Origin: a virus
Taxonomy: Duplodnaviria; Caudoviricetes
Length of the DNA: 29,700 bases
Strand: one strand, 5' to 3'
IMG/VR virus record: IMGVR_UViG_3300047669_001396
Span: 1 to 29,700 of that record
Every line of letters starts with the position of its first letter. The stretch's first letter is position 1. Below are positions 17,819-25,120 of this stretch, one piece after another. Both the position numbers and the translations under genes were made by a program. The notes below the pieces were generated by a model, which did no database searches, had not been told where the DNA came from, and saw only the letters and a program-made list of their open reading frames with translations.

Positions 17819-18781
17819 CTACTCTGCTAGGAAGGCATCAATGTCTTTGCAGATGGCGTCCAGCGAAGCCCTGATCCCACGCCGCTGCAATTCCGACGGC
17901 CATCGTCCAAGTTTCTCCTCCCCGTCCGACCACCACGGAGCAGGTTTGCCCAACTGGTCCCTTTCCCCCAACAAAAAACTGCTGGTGTACCGACGCACCC
18001 TATGTCCAGTACGATCCACTAAAAACTTGTCAAAGTTCCCCTGAAGAGGGGAAAACCCCGGCTTACTGTAATCAATCTCTTGCTTCTCCGTCGCCCACGG
18101 ACTCGTTTCGTAATGGTACGGCAAATTGTTTTCGTCGCGTTCCACATGGACGGCTCCAGTCATATACAACCAAAAGTCATGTGGCTCTTGTTCGTATTGA
18201 GCACCGGGAACCCATTCGGGATCATAGGTGTGCTTATCGAATCGACCTTTTGTCAACTCGGAAAACTGATACTCAACACCAAAATTGTCACGGGCATACT
18301 TTTCTGCTACCTGCCCCGGCGTTAGATCCAACCCCTTATTTTTGGCATATGTGTCCAGTCCCTCAGCGAATTCGGGATATCCGTGGCAGGTGAAATCGTC
18401 AACCACGATTGCTTGAATGTTGAAGTCCGACTCATTCGCATACCGTTCATGCAGTTCCTGTAAGACGGTGTGTTGGGGAATGTTTCCGCAGCCCGCTGCA
18501 CAATTGAAAAGGAGAGTCACCTTTCCGTTGTACTCACTCAGGATGTCACCATTGGAGCCATCGGGAGAACCAATTCTGAAATCGTATGCACACTTTTCAG
18601 TGGTGCCGGGTTCTTCCGTTTGTGGAATTAATTCTGAAAGATCAATAGTGTCCGTCGGGAGCAACCCGCCAATTCCATCCGCATGGTAGCGCGTCCCATC
18701 GTTGACGAGTCCAGTGGTGATGGGAGGGTACTGACCCTCCGCATCGGGATCGTAAGCAGGATTTGGAACGTATTTAGCCAT
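17819..18781 (-). CDS. Glutathione-peroxidase-like / thioredoxin-fold protein (divergent)
   Basis: AYDF.....DG....LSEYNGKVTLLFNCAAGCGN.PQ...LQELHERY, GNFDKFLVDRTG. True start is ATG 18781 (MAKYVP), 4 nt after the repeat gene stop; the track's N-terminal extension is a shadow of the repeat. Confidence 0.8.
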   Translation of the reverse strand: MAKYVPNPAYDPDAEGQYPPITTGLVNDGTRYHADGIGGLLPTDTIDLSELIPQTEEPGTTEKCAYDFRIGSPDGSNGDILSEYNGKVTLLFNCAAGCGNIPQHTVLQELHERYANESDFNIQAIVVDDFTCHGYPEFAEGLDTYAKNKGLDLTPGQVAEKYARDNFGVEYQFSELTKGRFDKHTYDPEWVPGAQYEQEPHDFWLYMTGAVHVERDENNLPYHYETSPWATEKQEIDYSKPGFSPLQGNFDKFLVDRTGHRVRRYTSSFLLGERDQLGKPAPWWSDGEEKLGRWPSELQRRGIRASLDAICKDIDAFLAE

Positions 18782-18785
18782 GCTT

Positions 18786-19280
18786 CTATTTGAAAGACGG
18801 TGGGAAGTAGGGCGGGAAGAACGGTGGGAAGAACGGTGGGAAATGCGGTGGGAAATGAGGCGGGAAATGAGGTGGGAAATGCGGTGGGAAATGCGGTGGG
18901 AAATGAGGCGGAAAGAATGGAGGGAAGAATGGAGGAAAGAATGGAGGAAAGAATGGAGGAAAGAATGGTGGAAAGAACGGTGGAAAGAACGGTGGGAAAT
19001 AAGGAGGAAAATAAGGCGGAAAATAGGGGCTGTGATAAACATAGTCAACATCTTCCTTCAGCGGATAGACAGTTCCCGCAGAAGGAGTTTGACTTGCAAC
19101 CTTATTTAAATTGCCGCTGCCAATAGAACCGGTTGAGTCATCAATGTTCTGTGTTGTTACAGTCCCTACATCGAACCCAGCCGCGGCAATCTGAGTATTC
19201 GCATCGGTGTAGGTTTGCCCGACAACGTCAGGGACATCGTCCTTGCGGGGTCCAGTCCTACCTTCTACTTCACCACTCAT
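18786..19280 (-). CDS. PASTA-like domain protein with C-terminal (Y/F/H)FPP x19 repeat
   Basis: VPDVVGQT...A...I...GF.VG.V...KVASQTPSAG......V.Y is a PASTA-like pattern. Repeat variation is mostly synonymous in this frame. Starts 2 nt after the tail-fibre stop. Confidence 0.88.
   Translation of the reverse strand: MSGEVEGRTGPRKDDVPDVVGQTYTDANTQIAAAGFDVGTVTTQNIDDSTGSIGSGNLNKVASQTPSAGTVYPLKEDVDYVYHSPYFPPYFPPYFPPFFPPFFPPFFPPFFPPFFPPFFPPFFPPHFPPHFPPHFPPHFPPHFPPHFPPFFPPFFPPYFPPSFK
18798..19025 (-). repeat. 19 x 12-bp coding tandem repeat: (YFPP)3(FFPP)7(HFPP)6(FFPP)2(YFPP)1
   Basis: Counted codon by codon; plus-strand unit is NGG-NGG-RAA-(GAA/ATG/ATA/GTA). Confidence 0.97.
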
Positions 19281-19282
19281 GA

Positions 19283-22200
19283 TTACGCCTCAAGGTCGCC
19301 AACGAGAACCCACTCGTCTGTAGCGATCTTAATACAAGTAACTGATGAATACTGTGCACGCAACTTCAAACCCGGTGTAGCACGCAATGTCACACCAGAA
19401 CCAGCGACCATCGTGACTTCGCCAGCACCTAAACCAATAACCTGAAAACTGTTACCAATCACAAAGGCCACACTACTGTTGGGAGGTATCGTCAAAGTCT
19501 GGGCCGAAGCGTTGTTCATTGTGACAATAAGTCCCCTGTCGCTTATTACGGGCGTGTAGGAGGTGCCAGTTTGTGCGTTGAACGCATCAACTGAGACAAC
19601 GCGACCGTTGATGTAAAAGCCGTAACTGCCCATAGAGCCGAGTTCGCTTCCACCAATATCGAAGCGGATGATATCCTCATCTGCGGATTCTTCAACTTGA
19701 ATCTTAGTATCGGCATCAGCATCAATAATAGAACCACTAGTTAAGGCACCAAGACCGGTGTCCACATAGGCGGTGGTAGCCAATTTCGTAGAAGCATCAC
19801 TCTGCGTCTGCGTAGTGGCAGTGGCTCCGTCCGTTATGCTTCCACCGATTGTCAGATCGCCCACCGTGGCGACTACACCAGTCGCACTAATGGTCATGCG
19901 TTCTGTGCCCGCCGTATCGAAGCGAATTATGTCCTCATCAGCGGATTCTTCAACCTGAATCTTCGTGTCACCATCAGCATCCGTAACGGAGTCGCTGCTA
20001 AGAGCGCCTAACTCTGTTTGGACGTAGGCCGTAGTAGCAATCTGGGTGGTATTTGTATCTGCCGCAGCAGTAGTAGAAGTCGGAATGCCAGTTAAAGCCG
20101 GTGAAGCGAGTGGAGCATAGGTACTAGTTGCTGTACTAGTTGTTAAGTAATCGCCAATCTCCGTCATTACAAAGGCCGTAGTGGCCAACTGAGTCGTATT
20201 TGTATCTGCCGCAGCAGTCGGAGCAACAGGAACACCGGTAAGAGAGGGGGAGGCCAGCGGAGCATAAGTACTGCTTGCTGTGCTGGTTGTTAAATAGTCG
20301 CCAATCTCTGTCATCACAAATGCCGTAGTCGCTATTTGTGTGGTATTCGTATCTGCTGCCGCAGTAGGAGCAACCGGTGTACCAGTGAAAGTTGGAGAAG
20401 CCAAAAAGGCGACAGTGCCAGTTGCATCTTGGAACGTGATCGTCCTGTCCGCCGTGGGATCAGTGATGGCAAAAGTTGTCTCATAATCGTCGGCAGTAGC
20501 ACCTTCAAAGACAAGTGGGCTGGCACCAGCGATTGTTCCGCTAAACGTGGCAATGCCTGAAACTGTCAGATCGGTGGCTGCCAGAGAGGCAATCGTTCCA
20601 ACACTCGTCAACGACGAGGCAACAACATTTGAACCAAGAGTCGTAGCGTTTAGAACAGAAACACCTGCAACATAAAAGGCTTTACCGGAAGCAAGATCGA
20701 CATGCTCTGAGGAAGTCCACGCATCGGTGGAGTTGACCCAGTTCCAAGTCTTATCGGTAGCGCCCTTCAGGGTTAAACCACCGCCGTCAGCAGTGGTGTC
20801 GGTAGGTGTGTCAACTGAACCAATTTCGATGTTCTTATCGTCAACGGTGATCGTTGTAGAACTAATCGTTGTTTCTGTTCCATTGACTGTCAGATCACCA
20901 GTGATTGTCACTGTGCCATCTGCGGCAATGGTCATCCTCTCCGTGCCAGCGGTATCGAAGCGAATGATGTCTTCGTCGGCTGATTCCTCAACCTGAATCT
21001 TTGTATCGCCATCAGCGTCAGTGATTGAATCACTGCTCAAAGCACCAAGGCCGGTATCGACGTAAGCCGTAGTGGCTAGTTTCGTTGAGGCGTCGCTCGC
21101 TGATTGAGTCGTACCGGTAACACCGTCCGCTAGGGCTTGAACGCTTGCCGTCGTAAAGACGGTGCCGGTTTCATCCAAGAAGGTGATCGTCCGATCCGCC
21201 GTGGGATCGGTAACCGTAAGGGTGGTTTCAAAATCATTTGCTGTAGCGCCCTCTATAACGATGGACGCACCAGACACATTGACCAAAGGAGTTGTAAGAG
21301 AGGTTGTGACCGTAACGGCAGCAGGGAGTCCAATTGTTACTGCTGCGGTTTCTGAACCCGATCCGCTTACATCTACCTCATTGGCGGTTCCTGCTACCGT
21401 GGCAATGTAATTGCCTGTCGAATCCGTGCCCAAGGCGACAGAATCGGCAGCGATTGTTGCGGTAAGGGTTGCATTGGCCAAATCGGTAATCGTGACGTTG
21501 CCTGTGAGGTCACCACCCAAAGTGATTGTGAAATCATCGACGTTAAGGTCGATAGCACCATCACCGGCATCATCGTAAGTAGCGGTGATGCCGGTGTGGG
21601 TTCCATTGGTAGCGAGTTGTGCGCCAGATACATCTTGAACAGCCTCAGTAAAGTCTGTGACTGCCGTAGAGGGAATGGCGATTGTGGTGTTCGCCGCAGC
21701 AGTCAAACGTCCGTAGGCGTCAACTGTGTAGCCGGGAACTTGGGTGGCGCTGCCATAAGCCGCTGCGGTAACAGCCGTGACGTTTAGCGCAATGTCGATT
21801 GCTCCGTCGCCAGCATCGTCGTAGGCGGCGGTTAGGTGGGTGTGCGAACCGTTCGTGACGATCTGAGCGCCCGTAACGTCCTGAGTGGCTTCCGTGAAGT
21901 CCGTGACTGCCGTAGATGGGATGGCAATTGTCGTATTCGATGCTGCCGTCAACCGACCGTAAGTATCGACTGTGTAACCGGGTACTTGAGTCGCACTCCC
22001 GTAAGAGGCCGCAGAAGCGCCAGAAGCCGTAAGGGTAAGATCTATGGCTCCGTCGCCAGCATCGTCGTAAGTGGCATCAATCCCGGTATGCGAACCGTTG
22101 GTGGCTACTTGAGCGCCAACGGTATCCTCAATGTGTTCCGTGGCAGCACTCAGGTTTCCAGTCGTAACTACGGTACCCGTAACATTCGGCAGGGTGATCG

Positions 22201-24634
22201 TGCGATCCGCCGTCGGATCTGTAATCGCTAGAGTTGTCTCATAATCGTCAGCGGTAGCGCCTTCAAATACCAGCGGAGAAGCCCCAGCGACCGTGCCGCT
22301 AAGAGTTGTGATCCCAGTGAAGGTTGCGTTTACGGCACTTACATCTGCCGTAATGGTGAGATCATTTCCGATGGTCACATCGTCAGGCAGACCAACAGTA
22401 ACGGCTGCTGTCTCTGAACCGGAGCCAGAAACCTCAACCTCGTTAGCAGTACCAGTAACAGTGGCAAGATAGTTGCCCGTGGTATCAGTCCCAAGAGCAA
22501 TCGAATCGGCTTGGATTGTCGTAGCGAGCGTTGCATTGGCCAAATCAGTAATGGTTACGCTGCCCCCGATATCACCAGACAAAGTAATTGTGAAATCATC
22601 GACGTTAAGGTCAATCGCCCCATCGCCAGCATCGTCATAGGTCGCTGCGATACCAGAATGAGTACCGTTCGTAACCAACTGCCCTGCAACAACGTCCTGT
22701 GTCGCTTCGGTGAAATCTGTAACTGCCGTAGATGGGATAGCAATGGTTGTATTTGCAGCAGCAGTCAAACGACCGTAAGCATCGACGGTGTAACCGGGAA
22801 CTGCCGTGGCACTGCCGTAAGCGGCTGCCGTAACAGCCGTAGTCGCAAGATCAATGTCATCGGCATTTACCACGATGCGGGCAGCACCGGCTGTTCCAAC
22901 ATTGACTGTGTTACCCGTGATACTGACACCGGTACCGGCGACGAACGCCTGAGTTCCAGTGAACTGTGTGAAATCAACGTCGTGTGTTCCGACTGTATGC
23001 GGATCACTGGTTGAAGTGACTACAAATCCTTGACCGCCGTTGGCAGACCCTGCCAGAACGTAAACGGCTTCGCCCGCTTTGATCTCACCAGTTGGTGCGC
23101 CATCAAAGTCGGTGGCCCTCGTAAGCACCCATACAGCAGAACCTGACACACCCTGAGCGGTTACATCATAAATACCGTTGTGGGCAGCGGTTGCCTGATC
23201 CTGAACAAGAACCCGATTTCCGGTAGTTGCGTTTGCACCGTCGATGACGAGACGAACCTGTGTCGCTGTAGTCAGGGTTGCCCCTACTCCCGCAGTTCCA
23301 TTGTCGTAGGTCGGAGTGTTCGGCAATACCGCAGCAGAGGCGTAGTTGACGGCCTCATGCCAATCAAGACCAGCGATGGCGTTATCGACGTAAGCCTTGG
23401 TTGCAGCATGTGTCGCGTTGGCGACCGCACTAGAGATTGTGACCGACCCGAAGGTGGGAGTATCTGACGCGCCTACGGCTTGTCCGATGGCAACGGTCGG
23501 GGTTGCAGTTTCTCCACTGTTGTTAGTGAGAGTTACACCAGTGCCAGCAACGAGGCTGGCGGTGTAGTCACCGGTCGTGTCCGTACCTAAGGCAACTGAG
23601 TTCGCTTGGATTGTTGCAGTAAGAGTTGCATCGGCAAGGTCGGTGATCGTGGCACTACCACCGAGATCACCAGCGAGAGTGATCGTGAAGTCATCGACAT
23701 TGAGGTCGATGGCCCCATCGCCAGCGTCGTCATAGGTCGCAGCGATTCCTGAATGAGTACCGTTGGTAACCAACTGGGCAGCGACAGTGTCTTCAATGTG
23801 CTCTGTGGCGGCACTCAGATTTCCAGTCGTGACCACGGTTCCATCAATATTCGGGAATGTGATGGTGCGATCTGCCGTCGGATCTGTAACCGTCAGAGTG
23901 GTTTCAAAATCGTCAGCGGTAGCGCCTTCAAGGACGATAGATGCACCGGAAACATTAATCAGAGGAGTTGTGAGAGAAGTCGTAACAGTTACGTCGCTAG
24001 GCAGCCCGATGGTTACGGCAGCCGTTTCTGAACCGGACCCGGAAACCTCAACCTCGTTGGTAGTACCTGCAACGGTGGCGATGTAGTTGCCGGTGGTGTC
24101 GGTTCCCAACTCTGTCGCATCCGCGACGATGGTCGCAGTCAGCGTTACGTCGGCAAGGTTGGTAACGGTCGTGCTACCGCTCAGATCGCCAGCCAAGGTG
24201 ATCGAAAAGTCATCGACATTTAGATCAATGGCACCGTCGCCAGCGTCATCATAGGTAGCACTAATTCCACTGTGCGATCCGTTGGTAACGAACTGAGCGC
24301 CAACAATGTCTTCAACACTCTCAGTATTGGCTTCCCATGAGACACCACCAGCAGCACTGCTGTCGGCAACGAGGTGCTGCCCATCGCTTCCTACGGCGAG
24401 TATCCCAGCCGTATTATCTGCCGTACCGACAACGAGATCGCCTTTAGCGTCGATCAGGTGCTTGCTGATATCACCCAAACCGCCATAATCAAGAGAGGTC
24501 CATGCGGTTGATCCGTCGCCAATCTTGTACTTCTCGTTATCGGATTCATACCCGATTTCCCCGACAGCCATCGTGGGGTTATTAGAAGTCCAGTTCGCTG
24601 CCGTGTCTCTACGAAATTGAATGATTGCTGCCAT
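19283..24634 (-). CDS. Long repetitive phage tail fibre (1783 aa) with major-tropism-determinant-like N-terminal domain
   Basis: IQFRRDTAANWTSNNP....GEIGYE.D..KYKIGDG..AW..L.Y (Mtd_N-like); Thr/Ala/Gly/Asp-rich modular repeats; PTAAADTNTTQIATTAFV fibre repeats; compact C-terminal NAQTGTSYT...WVLVGDL domain. Confidence 0.85.
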   Translation of the reverse strand: MAAIIQFRRDTAANWTSNNPTMAVGEIGYESDNEKYKIGDGSTAWTSLDYGGLGDISKHLIDAKGDLVVGTADNTAGILAVGSDGQHLVADSSAAGGVSWEANTESVEDIVGAQFVTNGSHSGISATYDDAGDGAIDLNVDDFSITLAGDLSGSTTVTNLADVTLTATIVADATELGTDTTGNYIATVAGTTNEVEVSGSGSETAAVTIGLPSDVTVTTSLTTPLINVSGASIVLEGATADDFETTLTVTDPTADRTITFPNIDGTVVTTGNLSAATEHIEDTVAAQLVTNGTHSGIAATYDDAGDGAIDLNVDDFTITLAGDLGGSATITDLADATLTATIQANSVALGTDTTGDYTASLVAGTGVTLTNNSGETATPTVAIGQAVGASDTPTFGSVTISSAVANATHAATKAYVDNAIAGLDWHEAVNYASAAVLPNTPTYDNGTAGVGATLTTATQVRLVIDGANATTGNRVLVQDQATAAHNGIYDVTAQGVSGSAVWVLTRATDFDGAPTGEIKAGEAVYVLAGSANGGQGFVVTSTSDPHTVGTHDVDFTQFTGTQAFVAGTGVSITGNTVNVGTAGAARIVVNADDIDLATTAVTAAAYGSATAVPGYTVDAYGRLTAAANTTIAIPSTAVTDFTEATQDVVAGQLVTNGTHSGIAATYDDAGDGAIDLNVDDFTITLSGDIGGSVTITDLANATLATTIQADSIALGTDTTGNYLATVTGTANEVEVSGSGSETAAVTVGLPDDVTIGNDLTITADVSAVNATFTGITTLSGTVAGASPLVFEGATADDYETTLAITDPTADRTITLPNVTGTVVTTGNLSAATEHIEDTVGAQVATNGSHTGIDATYDDAGDGAIDLTLTASGASAASYGSATQVPGYTVDTYGRLTAASNTTIAIPSTAVTDFTEATQDVTGAQIVTNGSHTHLTAAYDDAGDGAIDIALNVTAVTAAAYGSATQVPGYTVDAYGRLTAAANTTIAIPSTAVTDFTEAVQDVSGAQLATNGTHTGITATYDDAGDGAIDLNVDDFTITLGGDLTGNVTITDLANATLTATIAADSVALGTDSTGNYIATVAGTANEVDVSGSGSETAAVTIGLPAAVTVTTSLTTPLVNVSGASIVIEGATANDFETTLTVTDPTADRTITFLDETGTVFTTASVQALADGVTGTTQSASDASTKLATTAYVDTGLGALSSDSITDADGDTKIQVEESADEDIIRFDTAGTERMTIAADGTVTITGDLTVNGTETTISSTTITVDDKNIEIGSVDTPTDTTADGGGLTLKGATDKTWNWVNSTDAWTSSEHVDLASGKAFYVAGVSVLNATTLGSNVVASSLTSVGTIASLAATDLTVSGIATFSGTIAGASPLVFEGATADDYETTFAITDPTADRTITFQDATGTVAFLASPTFTGTPVAPTAAADTNTTQIATTAFVMTEIGDYLTTSTASSTYAPLASPSLTGVPVAPTAAADTNTTQLATTAFVMTEIGDYLTTSTATSTYAPLASPALTGIPTSTTAAADTNTTQIATTAYVQTELGALSSDSVTDADGDTKIQVEESADEDIIRFDTAGTERMTISATGVVATVGDLTIGGSITDGATATTQTQSDASTKLATTAYVDTGLGALTSGSIIDADADTKIQVEESADEDIIRFDIGGSELGSMGSYGFYINGRVVSVDAFNAQTGTSYTPVISDRGLIVTMNNASAQTLTIPPNSSVAFVIGNSFQVIGLGAGEVTMVAGSGVTLRATPGLKLRAQYSSVTCIKIATDEWVLVGDLEA

Positions 24635-24643
24635 AACTATCCC

Positions 24644-25078
24644 CTAGTTCCCTGTGGAATCATTGCCATCAGCATCGATGTGATAGCGAACCCAAGCGGC
24701 AGAAGTTCCACCGTCCGCAACCGTGGTTGACTGCGAAACGACTTCCGTCCATGTTCCACTAGACCTGTAATAAAACTGATTGTTCGTTGTATCTATTGCA
24801 ATGGTCCCATCGGCAGAAGCAGCCGAAGGCGCTCCGTCGCTGGTCAAATTGATTACACCAGCAACAGCCTGAAAAGCATCATCAGTTTTTAAAGTATTAG
24901 CAGCAGAACGATAAAGAGTCGTGTCGCCAGTCGCGGAACCTGATCCCCAAGTGATTTTTCCGCCAGCGTCAATCTTGACCCGTGCCTCAGAATCTAAATC
25001 AACCTTTACTCCCAACGCCTGCGTAGACGCGGCAGCAAGTTCCTCAAGAACTATGCCGGTTTTAAATTTCTGAGCCAC
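24644..25078 (-). CDS. Tail-associated hypothetical protein
   Basis: 144 aa; GTG start with GAGG RBS; DTTLYRSAANTLKTDD and GTIAIDTTNNQFYYRSSGTW resemble phage fibre modules. Confidence 0.7.
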   Translation of the reverse strand: MAQKFKTGIVLEELAAASTQALGVKVDLDSEARVKIDAGGKITWGSGSATGDTTLYRSAANTLKTDDAFQAVAGVINLTSDGAPSAASADGTIAIDTTNNQFYYRSSGTWTEVVSQSTTVADGGTSAAWVRYHIDADGNDSTGN

Positions 25079-25120
25079 GGCCTCAACCGCTTTCTATCCT
25101 GAACCCCTCAGGGTTACTGT

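Noticed and set aside
11964-17830. Longer antisense ORFs (e.g. 11964..12656, 13455..14000, 16626..17024)
   Set aside because: They lie opposite well-supported genes and have no recognisable motifs.
11514-18781. Selenocysteine in the GPx-like genes
   Set aside because: Active-site codons are TGT and TGC (Cys); no in-frame TGA.
18798-19025. CRISPR array
   Set aside because: Contiguous 12-bp coding units with no spacers and no cas genes.
18782-19051. His/Ser-rich N-terminal extension of the GPx-like ORF, or a +1 frameshift fusion of PASTA to GPx
   Set aside because: The alternative frame is open simply because the repeat codons contain no stops. A well-placed ATG at 18781 explains the gene, and there is no positive evidence for frameshifting.
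18780-19126. Plus-strand ORFs with RWE/MEER repeats (18780..19109, 18800..19126)
   Set aside because: Antisense shadows of the xFPP repeat; variation is synonymous only in the minus-strand FPP frame.
19283-24634. Diversity-generating retroelement suggested by the Mtd-like N-terminus
   Set aside because: No reverse transcriptase and no TR/VR pair with adenine-specific mismatches seen in the window; Mtd_N is only an anchoring domain.
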